Below, piece by piece: positions 1 to 20,290 of a stretch of DNA of 64,000 nt. Below the pieces are notes generated by a model, which worked only from the letters and a program-made list of their open reading frames with translations, made no database searches and had not been told where the DNA came from. Source of the stretch: the human T2T-CHM13v2.0 reference genome, Homo sapiens; assembly GCF_009914755.1 (NCBI RefSeq), contig NC_060935.1. One strand, given 5' to 3'. Every line of letters starts with the position of its first letter. Within the stretch, counting starts at the first letter, position 1. The position numbers and the translations under genes are program-made.

Positions 1-64
1 AGGTTCCCCCAACATATCATCCAAAAAAGACTGTAGACTTCAAAGAGGTTATGAAATAGGGACT

Positions 65-455
65 ATAAGTCACGGTTAAAAGAGCGGCTCAGGCGTCAGA
101 CTGCTTGGGTTTGAATTGCAGGTCTACCATTTTCTACCTAGGTGATCTTGGGCAAGACACTTAATAATATCTCCAAGCATCAGTTTCCCCATCTATAAAA
201 GGAGGTTAATAATAGTTATTGACTTCATAAGGTTGTTGTGACGACTATGTGAGAAAAAAGCAACTTAAAGCATTCCTGACGTAAGTGGGGCGTGGTGCAG
301 ACACCTGCATTTCCCAGCCATCCAGGAGCCTAGGTGGGAGGATCACTTGGCCCAGAAGTTTGAGGCTCACTGCAAAATAAATAAATAAATAACAAAAAAT
401 AAATAAAAATAAAAATCTTGACATATAGTAAAGTTTAATATGTTAGCTATTATTC
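65..455 (+). mobile_element. MIR interrupted by an old Alu monomer (about 283-415)
   Basis: MIR core: gtgatcttgggcaag...cagtttccccatctataaaa...cataaggttgttgtg; ends atagtaaag...tgttagctattatt. Confidence 0.75.
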
Positions 456-516
456 ATGATTCCTCCACAGAGCAAATCTGACAATCTAGAGGGTGTATTA
501 AAAAAACAAAAACCAA

Positions 517-843
517 GGCTGGACATAGTGGTTCACGCCTATAATCCCAGCACTTTGGGAGGCTGAGGCGGGCAGATCACCAGAGGTCAGGAGTTTGAGA
601 CCAGCCTGGCCAACATGGTGAAACACCATCTCCACTAAAAATACAAAAGTTAGCCAGGCGTGGTGGCGTACCTGTAATCCCAGCTACTCAGGAGGCTGAG
701 GCAGGAGAATCGCTTGAACCCAGGAGGTGGAGCTTGCAGTGAGACCAGATCATGCTACCGCACTCCAACCTGGGCAACAGAGCGAGACTCTATCTCAAAA
801 AACAAAAACAAAACAAAACAAAAACCAAACCAACAAACAAAAT
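517..843 (+). mobile_element. AluS
   Basis: Full dimer with a CAAAA-repeat tail. Confidence 0.9.
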
Positions 844-2880
844 ACCCTCCTAAACCTAAAACCAGTACAGTCCCACATATTTCTAAGATTGAGCTCAAAG
901 GAGGGTATCAGGAGTTAACAATCATGAAGAATAGAATCCCCTTCTATATCTGGCAGAGCTGACCTTGTTCGTTCCTCAAGGCCCAAATCTGGTCTAGGTG
1001 GTTACCCTACACTTTCAAAATGCAAATTCTACTTCCTTCTGTAAATGTGTGCTTTTCAACCCATGGCCTAGGCATGGGGAGTAAAGGTATTCTAAGGCCT
1101 TTCACTTTACTGGGCTCAGGCCCTGCTAAATGCTTCTACTTTCCCTTGAGTTACTGTGCCATGGATAATGAATTAGCATCTGAAGGACAGAACCTTGGAC
1201 TTTGAAAAATCTTTTGAGTTGCTTTTGGCACTATCAATAAATTACCAGAGGTAAAGTTAGGACTTTGTATGTGATGTGGTTTGCTCATATTTGGAACCCT
1301 GAAAATGGGCAGATGGCTGGTAATTGCCCCTAAGAGTAGCTGCTTCCTCCTCCCAACTAAACACATTTTATGTTACCTATGAACACCATCATAGTCATGC
1401 CAAACAGAACTGAAATTAGCTGAGAATTGACTTAAGAATCCTCGACCAGTAGGGAGTCACTGCTGTGATGGACAATTCACCCCTTGGTTAGTTACGGACA
1501 TAATTTTCTCCAGGAAATTTTTGCAATTATAGCAATACAAGAGTGCAATGCAGAAATACAGATTCTAAAGAAATGCAATGAAGATATTTCAACTTACACT
1601 GGAATTACATCAAAAACTGACATGAACTAAATTGCTGGAGGGAAAGGAGGGCTGAGATTTTAGTGAGAATAGGATGCCCTCTGCTGGACATTAGGGAAGA
1701 CTTATGACAGCATGGCAGACAAGGTTGCCTTAAGCTGTCAGAGACAGTGATACTTGGGAGTAAAACAAAAACAAAACAAGAAAACTTTGGCAATAAATTT
1801 ACACTTTGGTGCTGTTTTCTAGAATATTCCCAGTAATCACAGACTATGAGAACACAAATATAAAAAAAAAATGCAAGGAAAGGGGTGAGTTTTAAAGAAT
1901 CCATAACATTCTTTCATACATGTAGCACTGAAAAAACAGCCTTCTTTTCTACATACCTCCACAAATATTTCACTGGCAAGGAAAAAATGGGAGCACATTA
2001 TAGGAAATACCAGGGAGGCTTAGAGACACAGTAACAGGGAGACAAGAAAGAGGTGAGACCAACTCCTGAATGGTACATGGTATCTTGTTGTTGGTTGAGT
2101 GAACACATTTCACGTCATTTCTCCCCAAATGAGATTAACCTTTGCTCTCGTGTCTGAGGGCAGTGGCAGCAGCTCAAGAGAAGCTCTCTCTGCAAAGACC
2201 AGAAGCAGACTAACAAAGGTAAAATAGGGTCTTTACTGTGCTTCTGTCAAATAAACAGAGCTACTTATATTTTAAAGCCAAACAAAGCAGGCTTCCCCAG
2301 TGCGTTGAGTAGAAGGGCTTAATATTCACACCTTCTTTTTTTTTTACACCCATTGTTCTACTCAAGGCAGCCATAGGTCCTTACCTGAGCAGGCCAAGTA
2401 GTGTCAAGCAATAAGGTTGAATCTGAAGGCCAGGCAGTATTCCTGAAGGGCAAGTCGGCCTGCTCAAGCCTCTTCTACCACCTGATCAATCATTCAATCA
2501 AATGACACTGAATAGGTCTGCAATTGCCAAAATTATAGTCATTCATTCTTTTTTTCCAGATGAGTTGTCATTCAGTGTACTGAGATGAGAGGATCAATGG
2601 GAAGAGAACTACAGTTAATTATTAACATCCATTAGCGTACTTCAGTATCATATTAGTTAATTGTTTCCCAGAAAGCAGGGCCCAGAGGGAATGGGAGAGA
2701 GGGCAGGTAAGGTTTGATGGGCTGGAGTAGACAGAGAAATAGGTCTGTGGTGGGGAAGAGGCCTAGATGAAGGCCTGGGTAACCAGGAGTCACAATTAGA
2801 AAAGGACACCAAATATGTTGCCTGTTTAATTACCTTTGATTTTTTGGTGTGATTGTTAGTCTCTCAGTCTTTATCCAGAG

Positions 2881-3387
2881 CAGTGGTGTTCAACTCTAGC
2901 TACCTGTTAGCTAGATCACCTGGAGAGTTTAAAAAAAAACATAATGGATGCCTGGGCCCACCCTCGACCACAAACTCAGAATTCCTGGGTGGTCAACCAG
3001 ATAGTGGCAATTTTCTTTTCTTTTCTTTTTTTTTTTTTTTGAGACAGAGTTTCGCTCTTGTTGCCCAGGCTGGAGTGCAAGGATGCTACCTTGGTTCGCC
3101 GCAACCTCCGCCTCCCAGATTCAAGCGATTCTCCTGCCTCAGCCTACTGAGTAGCTGGGATTACAGGCATGCGCCACCACGCCCGACTAATTTTGTATTT
3201 TTAGTAGAGACAGGGTTTCTCCATGTTGGTCAGGCTGGTCTCGAACTCCCGACCTCAGGTGATCCGCCCACCACAGCCTCCCAAAGTGTTGGGATTACAG
3301 GTGTGAGCCACCGCGGCCGGCCAATAGTGGCAAATTTTTTAATGATCCCCAGATTCTGTCTCGTGTAGCTCCATTGGAGAACTGCTG
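2881..3387. mobile_element. MER5-like hAT-Charlie DNA transposon split by a minus-strand AluS (about 3021-3322)
   Basis: Ends cagtggtgttcaac...gagaactgctg; internal gatcacctggagag and gatgcctgggcccaccc; Alu TSD atagtggcaa. Confidence 0.75.
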
Positions 3388-3714
3388 CTTTACAGGTCAC
3401 AGCTTCTTCAGCAGTGGGTACCAGGCTGTTGAAGCAGCTAACCAATCAACCAAAAACGCACGCCCTTCTCATTTGGCAACTTGCAATTCCCGAGTTAAGA
3501 TGATCAGTCAAAGGCCAAGGGCACCACTTGTCAAATACAGTTTGTGCGAGAGTGAAGGTCAAGAGAGCTCTTGTAAGGCGAGTATGCCTGAAATCCATGG
3601 CTGAAGGTCTGCAAAAAACCCTTGTCAGAGGAAGTTTGTCACAAATCACCCAATCTTTTGGCTGTTGGGACCACCAAGAAGTTGCCTCATTTATATACTT
3701 TTCTTTCTTTTAAT

Positions 3715-6155
<2,441 letters not shown>

Positions 6156-6417
6156 ATATATTAATTCCTACTGTGCGTGGTTTTAACATAGTTAAAATAA
6201 AACTAATCCTCACTGGGTTTCCCAAAGTCTTCTTCTAAAGTTTTCAGAATAAACATTCTGGGATATTTGGCCTGTAGAAGGCAGGTCTCCACACTGAGGA
6301 ATAGGGCTGGAGTCAGGGAGAAAGGACTTGAGCTCCTTCAGTTTCCAATTTCCAAGAAAGATTTAAAAGCAAAAGAGAAAATGTCACATTAAGAAAAAGA
6401 AAATCAAACTGCTACAA

Positions 6418-6423
6418 TTTATT
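6418..6423 (-). terminator. ALG9: Distal polyadenylation signal AATAAA
   Basis: Minus strand: ...ttaAATAAAttgtagcagtttgattttctttttctt; canonical hexamer followed by a U-rich element. Confidence 0.7.
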
Positions 6424-7384
6424 TAACTCTTTCTTTCACAGGAAATATAAGTATGTAATGTAAACACCGACACGTGAAATAAAGTACAAGGATCAGGAAG
6501 ACAAGTGAATTGGACAATACTCTTGCTTTAACACTTTACTGCTTCCTGATTTCATTTGCAGCATGAATCACCTGGTTATACAGACTGGCAGAAGGCAACA
6601 TTCAGATTTACAGATACACCAGAAAGCCTCTGAAATCCAACGATGCCATACGGAAGTCTGATCTTTCTGTTGCAAAAAAAATTAAAGCTGGGCACATGTC
6701 CATTTATCCATTTACCCAAGGCATTTAATGTAGGAGCATAAGAATGCACTGATTAACACGTGAGCTTTAATATGCTTGTGGAGGCCAAGATTAAATTGTA
6801 CCTCTTCTCCCTCTTCAGAGAAAATAAAATTAACCAAATTAAAAGCAGAGCTGCCTGATACTAGCCAGAAGACTACATAATCACAGTGAATTCTTATTTC
6901 AATAAATCCCAGGAAATGCAAAACACAATAAATGATTGCCACTGGAGCTTTGCCCAAATGGTCACCGTAGACCTCATGCTGCAGAATCATATCAGGTTTT
7001 CAAGGTTCTTTCCTAGAACTCCAAAGTTGGAAAAATGACCCAGATAAATGATTGGGATAAAGACCCATCATGATTTAAAACAAAGGGTCTATTTCCAAAC
7101 TTGAATTCGGTAATAAAGAGTATGGGCTGCAATTTTCTGTGATTATCTCAAAAAATTAAAATAACCTGTCTTCTTTCTTATCAGATGACACCTACCAGGT
7201 AGGAGGTAAATTTTGGTAGCAGATGCCTACCGTGCAGACTGGTTCAGTAATGGTACTCAGCATCACAAGATTTGGGGATTCAGATAAGGCTGCTTTAGAG
7301 CTAGAAATCAGAGAACCATGCATTTGCCAAGTATACCTACTCCCTCACTCACCCCATGATCAAAGGCTATTAAAAATTATCTGG

Positions 7385-7717
<333 letters not shown>

Positions 7718-8578
7718 CTATGGAGAAATAAGTATCTTGCATGCTTCCTCCTTTTGGCAAGCAGAACAGTCAGTGCAGGCTGAACACTGCTTTTTTGAGG
7801 GAGAACTGCTACTCTGAGCAGGTGTGTTGAAACTGTTTTTCCCAGGCAAAGCTATCCTTCCTATACTAAAAAGTGATGGAGATTTTTTAAAATGTGTTTA
7901 TAAAATATCACATGAAAACACCTTCACAACAAAAAACATTCATTTCTATATTCCTTACCTATAACATTTGGCACAGCGTTCTGCCATGTATTGTGCTCTC
8001 ACTAAAGACATACATAGAACAGAGAGATCCAAAATCAGGTTTTAAAAGTGATAGGAACTGATATTTCCAAGGAATCCCTGCATCAGTCCTGGCCTTTCTT
8101 TGCGCTATATTATAATTAAGGTTTTGTTTTTTTAAAAAAAAAAAAAAACAAGATGACAAAACAGATAAAACAGCATTATACTACTTTGATTAGAAAAAAG
8201 CCATTCATCACAGATGGACCTCCATTCCTGGATTCTTATTTACCTCTGGGAAACATAGAGGGCCTTAGCTACTGTGAAGAACAGCACATTATTACTGCAA
8301 GTAAGGCAAATGTTTCACTTAAAATTCTCTGTCCTGTAGTCAGATCATATGTGCTAGTTTTACACTGGAAAATAGTAATCAAGAATTGAGAATTAAATGC
8401 CAGAGATCTTTCAAGCAAGGGGGAGCCCAGTCTATCCTCACACACTCCCCAGTTATTGTTCTGTACTGTCTAGACCTATTACCTCTCCAGCGCTTCAACT
8501 CCGTCTCTGATATTCCTGCAGAGGAGATCTCAAAGAGGAGCTTTTTAATATTGTAACTAGCCATTTCTTCTGTTATCA

Positions 8579-8971
<393 letters not shown>

Positions 8972-9299
8972 TCATCCTATTTGCAGATATTCAGATCAGT
9001 TACCCTTAGGGAAATAAGGCACCTATAATGTGACCCCAGATTGACTACAGGAATAGTACTGATATTTGGATCCTGTGTGGCTGCAAAAGAACATGACTTC
9101 CAAACAGAAGCACTACTTTCCTGCCACAGGTCAGGCTGCATCACACAGCACTGCTGTGCTGGTCTAACACACAGGCAGACTGGAGGCTCCAAAGAACTCA
9201 AATACAGACACAATTCTTCCTTAAAATAGAAAGTTACAATATCAGTTAGGTCTCTGGTTAACCTCATCAGTCCTTTCAAGTAATGTTTTCATGGTTGAG

Positions 9300-9545
9300 T
9301 GAGGAATATGGAGGAGCAATAGATGAGAGTAAGGAAACCTGGGTTCCAGTCCCAGCTCTATTACTTACTGGCTGTGTGACCTTAGGCAACTAACTATCTT
9401 TACCTCCCCTCACTCCCCACCCGCAGCCTGTTTCCTTATCTGTAAAATGGGGATAAAAATCACCTGCCTTGTCTACCACATGTTGTGACTGTGAGGATCA
9501 AACGAGATGCTGTGAAAGTGCCTTGTAAACTGAAGTACTGACTGT
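9300..9545 (+). mobile_element. MIR in the 3'UTR
   Basis: acctgggttccagtcccagctct...ctgtgtgaccttaggcaa...tttccttatctgtaaaatggggataa. Confidence 0.85.
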
Positions 9546-10508
9546 AAAGGCTTTTAAAGTAATAGTATACACTTATCACATTTTAATTAGGTCCTTATCA
9601 TTGCCTATTTGACTAGAAGTGCCCCATGCAGGATGTGCCTCACAACAGACAGAACTAAAAAATAGGTGCTATAAATATACACTGATCCTTTTCACTGGGG
9701 GTGGTTAAAAAAAAAGGAAAATTCTTAATTTCCTCAGCAATGGCCTCAGATTACATTACTTAAAAATGTGATGTCATCCAAATGTATCAATTGATAGAAT
9801 TTTCTCCAAATATGTCCTATACAGTTGTAGTTTTGTCTGTTGATATCTTCACATGGAGGAGTCTAGAATTCAAAAAATAGCATGCTAAAACTGAACAAAA
9901 AAGCAATACAACCTTATAGTTACAGTTGGTTGTAAAGGAAATGAAAATTAGAGGCATCATTATAATAAAATTAGGTCACAGTTCCTCAAATGGTCACCTT
10001 TTTCCTGAGATAGCTCCAGGACAGGGTCCTAGTCCTGTGAAGTGCTTTAAAGAAGCTTAGTCTTGCTGGAGGTGAAAAGGACATGTGGGTTGGCAACTAG
10101 GCTGTGTTCATTTTCAGCATGAGGATTTCAATAAGAAGGTCTGCTAGGAGCTGCCAAACAGCTTTGGTGGAGAAGCCCATATGGCCTAAGAGAGGCTTGC
10201 TAGTTCTCAGATGCCAGGCCAGAGTGTGGAGAACAGCTTATCACAGCCATCCAGTACCAGGATTTTCAATTCTTCCTGTAAGTTGGTTCTGCTCTTCTCC
10301 GGTCTAGTAAATAATTGAACAGAGGAAAAACAATGAGATGTGGAGCAATATATCTATCTGTGCTTTAGGGCCTTTCTCTGCCTAGCTGCAAAAAGTTTAC
10401 ATGCAGAACAGAGACACACACAGGGAGCAAATGTGACTTTGATTAGACTTTGAAATAGACTTTGACTAGCCCAGAGCACCCAGATTCCAGTATTCATGTC
10501 AGAAGACC

Positions 10509-10514
10509 TTTATT
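10509..10514 (-). terminator. ALG9: Proximal polyadenylation signal AATAAA
   Basis: Plus-strand tttatt about 92 nt after the stop; TGTA immediately upstream on the minus strand; GU-rich tract (ctccctgtgtgtgtctctgttc) near 10427-10406. Confidence 0.6.
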
Positions 10515-10605
10515 ACAAATGTTACAGGCGATGACTTGCAGGGAGTCAGGTCACTGGAATCAATAGTTAACAAGATGGTTGTCCTTTGGGGCCACAGGTG
10601 TGTTG

Positions 10606-10729
10606 CTAACCTCCACTTTTCTTCCTGATTTGCTTTGCTTTCCGGGGTTTGAGGATGGTGTAGTTTACGTACACTGTATACTGATCTGACAGGAAGGGGA
10701 CATAGAATGCCCGCAGCAGCTTTGAAGAT
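10606..10729 (-). CDS. ALG9: ALG9 terminal coding exon (inferred exon 15), stop TAG at 10608-10606
   Basis: ttttatcccttgtttttcag|ATCTTCAAAG...GGAGGTTAG; (R)SSKLLRAFYVPFLSDQYTVYVNYTILKPRKAKQIRKKSGG*, the known ALG9 C-terminus, including an NYT sequon. Confidence 0.98.
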
Positions 10730-11338
10730 CTGAAAAACAAGGGATAAAAAAAAGAATTTTATCACTTGGGAGAATTTACTAATGGTACTAAATGTGATTA
10801 AAATAAATAAACTAATCTGTAGTAAGGATTATATTTTATTCAAGTGGCACAGAAAAGCCTATTATTTCGGTACTAGATCACGATAAAAGACTTAATCAAG
10901 GCCGAGTACCTTGTCACCTAAACGAAAATTTATTATTGTCCCTAATAAGCCACAGTATATCCTTCAGAATAGCTCTAGGTCTTCATTTTGCATTAGAATG
11001 TGCCATAGAAAAATTCCAGGTCAATCAAAGGACTTCTATTGCTGAAATGAATTCTTAACACCAAAATGGTTTCTGCATCTAAGAAACTGTAGAGATGCCA
11101 AGTACTCAAATGACCTGGACTCCAGCTCTAAGTTTTCCTGGAAAGGGCAAGAAAACTACATCCTGGGTACCTGTGCATAGTGTTCCAGTATTGTCTAAGT
11201 CAAGGAAAGAGTCTACACACAAGTTCATGTTGTGACAACATGTCCCTAGTAAATTATAATATATCTACTTATTACTGAAATATAAGAACTGAAAACCTAA
11301 ATTTCTCATGAATTTCTGAAGAATGTGAAAAGTGCTTA

Positions 11339-11965
<627 letters not shown>

Positions 11966-12670
11966 AAAAAATAAATTAAAAAAATAAAAAATAAAAATAA
12001 ATATATGATTTAATCCATTTGATAATCCTGTGAGGAAGTGGCATTATTATCCCTATTTTATAAAAGGGAAATTAAGGCTTCAACTTGCTCAGGGTTACAC
12101 AGTAAGTGACAGAGGCCTCATTCAAATCCAGGTTTGATTCCAGAGTCTGTACTCTTAACCATTATGGTTTATCATGCATCCCAGGAATAGACTAACAGGA
12201 TTTATCATTTCCTAGAAAAAGTTGTAGTGATAGTTTTAAATTCTGTATGGAGTATTACTTCCTGACTCTGATTTCTGAGTCTGAAAATCAAAAGTTGGCC
12301 TAGTTACTGCCATCCTGAATGAGGTAGCTGAAGGTGCTCCACTGGCAGTCCTTTTCCAAATTCTAAACTTGTAAATGTCATGTCAACGTGGCATTTGTAC
12401 TGGCAGCCTAACCTTGGGTTTGGCAGACTCCTACAATGCCTGCACACAATGACACTGTGCTTGGCATGCACACCTCTTAGAGATTCTTCCCAACTAGGAC
12501 GCTGGCAGTGCCCTGTGCTCTGTAAGATTCACTTCACTTCAACAGTGAACTCTATCAAGGGCTTTGATAGAGAAAGGAGGTTTGGAGAAGAGACATGAGA
12601 CAAAGCAGGGCTCCTATAAATAAAATGAACAGGAAGAGGAAGCACCTACCCCAGTCAAGGAGAAGTTAAT

Positions 12671-14700
<2,030 letters not shown>

Positions 14701-14719
14701 TGGCTGGACTGAAATAGAA

Positions 14720-15150
14720 GAAGGACTACTATGCATTATTGTTGAGTTCAAAAGGCAAGCTAAAACAAAGGTAAAAAATAAAAGAGATTGGGAGAAAATG
14801 CAATATATGTACCAGAAGATTTGCATCTAGACTATATAAACTGTTCCTGCGATCAGTAAGACAATTCCACAGGAAAAAATGACAAAAGATATGATTACAG
14901 AAGAGAAATGCAAATGGTTGATAAACATGAAATAATGATCAATCTTACCAGGAATCAGGGAAATGCAAGACTAGACACAATTTTCAATAATCAGGTTTGG
15001 AAAAGTTAAAAAGCCTGACAGTCTCAAACACTGATGAGGAATCAGGAAACAGATATTGCCAGTGAAAGTGTAAGCCTGCACAGCCACCTAGAAAGGCAGT
15101 TTTAGCAGTACCAATTAAAACAAAAATTATGCAGTCTCTATGATAGAGCA
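14720..15150 (+). mobile_element. Old L1M ORF2 3' fragment
   Basis: gattgggagaaaat...gaaatgcaaatggttgataaacatgaaa...aatcagggaaatgcaa. Confidence 0.65.
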
Positions 15151-15749
15151 GAGGACTTTTACTTTGTACTATACACCATGTTATTCATTTATTTGCTTGT
15201 TTCACAAACAATCTACTTGGTTTTCCATTTGCTATGATTAAAAATTTCAAATATATATGAGTAGATAAATTTATTACTTACAATAATGTTTTAAAACCAG
15301 TAGACAAATTTTTAAATAAAGGAAACCTTTGATTTTCAAAAACAAAAAGCAATCAAACAAAAAAATCAATGTGCCTACTATATGTAAGCATTTGTGTGCT
15401 GGCTCTGAAGATATATAAGTCTCTCTTCTCAAAGGGCTAATAAGCTAATTGGGTAGAAACAGATTATGAATGATACATCATCATAACTTAGCATATGGTA
15501 AATTCTAAACAGCTGACACAGAAGTTCAAAGTGATAATGCAAACATTCAGGCGGGAGGTCAAATGCTGAGGGCTGGGTAGGTAAGTGTATAAGCAGCATT
15601 TAATAAACATGTAGCACATCATTTCATTTTATTCATCCAATATTCCAAGGTACGCTAAGCAGGAAAAGCAACTTGTCTAACCATAACCAAATCTACAGGC
15701 ATCTCAGGTTAAATACTCTGTGCATTCAGCAGCAACTAGAGGTGGGCTG

Positions 15750-16575
<826 letters not shown>

Positions 16576-17196
16576 GGACTGCTGAAGACAGCGAGAGAGG
16601 GATATCACACATATGAGATATGAGTTTAATTCAATTTAGTTTAACTACAAGTGAATGAGCTCCATGTCAAGCAATGAGTTAAATGCCAGGAACACAATGG
16701 TGGTTCCTCCTACTCTCAATGAGGAATTCAAAGTCCAAGTGAATTTGTGGTTTGGAATAACCATCTTGCTAAGGACAAACATGGGTCTGACTTAGCTACA
16801 TCATGAGATCCAAGAAACATCCTGATTTGCCAAGCTCCCTCAGTGCATAATCAATCACAAGAAATTCAGCATCAAATTCTAAATAATGTATTCAGGAAAT
16901 AAGGAGGCATTTCTAGTTAAGACAGAACACAAAACTACAAAAAAGGTGAGAATTACATAGAAGGAAAAGCTAAGAAGGATCTATTTAACATCAGAGTGTG
17001 GCACTGGAAAAAAATCCTTTAGAAGACAAACCTCCTTTTCTCCTGCAGATTCTGGCTGTGATCTTTAGTAGCATTATCTATCTATATCACACAAAGCCAC
17101 TAACTAATTTCTTCCAGAAGATGGAATCAGAAAGCAGCCAATATATGCTTAGGCCCATTCTCACCTCTAAGCTGGGATGGGAATATATTGTAATTT

Positions 17197-18793
<1,597 letters not shown>

Positions 18794-18804
18794 ACATCTT
18801 GTCC

Positions 18805-18907
18805 TGTCTTCCTTCTCCTCTCTTCTCTTCTCCTCTCCTCTCTTTCTGTTTTTCTCTTCTCTCTCTACCTATCTATCTATCCATCCATCCATCCACCCAT
18901 CCATCCA
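18805..18907. repeat. Polypyrimidine (TCTTC)n plus (TCTA)n(TCCA)n simple repeat
   Basis: Read directly from the sequence. Confidence 0.85.
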
Positions 18908-19859
18908 AGCATTAATATCCCCTGTAAGCCTGTAATCTAAGCCCACTGCCAGTTATCTTTCCAGCCGCAGCTTTTTCAAGCTAGTTTCTTTCTCTCTTGC
19001 ATTGTAGCTCACCTTTCAGTGAGAGATTTTCTACAACCTTTAGTGCAGAACTTGGCTTTTGCAGCTATCTTCAGTTCTGAAGAGAATCTCAGAATTCCTT
19101 CAAGACTTAGTGATAGTCAACCTATAGTTCCATATCAAGCAATTTAAGCACATCTCAAAAAGCTGGTATGGAGCAAAAATGTGACTGTTATTTAATAGTT
19201 TTTAACAGGAAATGCGGTGAGAGACATTATTCTAATGGTAACTAATGCAAAGGTGACTTACAACCCTGTTATCCAAAAGAGGAGTTCCATGCTGTATGTT
19301 ATACTCCACCAGTCCCTTGAGGATGGAATTTTATCTAACTGCTCTATCTCTAGTTTTTAGGAAAGTGCCACAGAAAGTCCTCAATAAATAGTCTGTGAAT
19401 GAATGAGCGCCTATGCTCTGACTCTTAAACCAGAGCATCTGGTTTACCTCCCACCCTTCTTACAATATTCATCTTCCACAAGGAAAAGGAAATATCAAAA
19501 ATAATCTAAAGTTTTTTTTCTGTTCTCTTCCTAAGCAATTCAATCCTAAAGCCATTACGTGGGGCAGAGCAAAGCAGAAGTCTAGAGTGGGGAGCTGGGG
19601 GGCTGTGGTGGCCCATGGGATGTCAGAGTGCAAGGGGGCATGGAAGGCGTGTTGCTAAAGAAAATATACTGCAAAAGGTCCCATAATTGTATAATGGCAA
19701 TATACCCCGCAGGTGGCCGTTTACACAGAATTTGCTGAATCAGCATTATCCATGTGACCAGTATGATATTTTACTTTCAGCAGGCATGTTCAATAGACCC
19801 TTGATGTTCAATAAATATTCATGATTTTGACTATATGGAGCAACCTCCAAAAATACATT

Positions 19860-20290
19860 ATGTGTAATGACTAGGAAGTTTACTGAGGCACAAACTGGAA
19901 TCGTGGCATCGTGAGACTGGTATACAGAGTGGATCATTCCACTGATTTGTGGCCTTGGCCAACATCTGGCATAACATCATAACCTTTTGATCAGTCATCT
20001 TTAGCAAATATTCAGAGTGAGGAACTGGGGAAAAATGCTATTAGGCAACTGGCCATTTTCTGACCTCAGTCCCATCAAGGTTGCTGGAGAAATGCTCTTC
20101 ACCAGTCTTTTTTCCCATCTCACAGCTACTTAGATATAAAGGTACTCTATGTCCCATTCATCAGTCCTGTGGAGAGGATGCCAATGTTCGAGAGAGTTTT
20201 CGTCCCTGCTCTTCGGACCCTCATTTGGGCTTCTTTTATGTGACAAATAGAAGGATTAGGGGTCACATCAGCAAATGATTCTGGTAAGCT
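19860..20290 (+). mobile_element. Ancient CR1/L3-type LINE reverse-transcriptase fragment
   Basis: Collinear degenerate matches to recalled CR1 RT motifs: agactggta (RLV), tggccttggccaacatctggcataacatcataacctttt (LDFSKAFD..SHNLL), tggagaggatgccaatg (WR.V.SG), catcagcaaatgat...aagct (ISKFADDTKL). Confidence 0.5.

Noticed and set aside
10606-10626. C-terminal RKKSGG as a dilysine ER-retrieval signal
   Set aside because: The lysines are at -5/-4, not KKxx or KxKxx, and the NYT sequon suggests this domain is lumenal.
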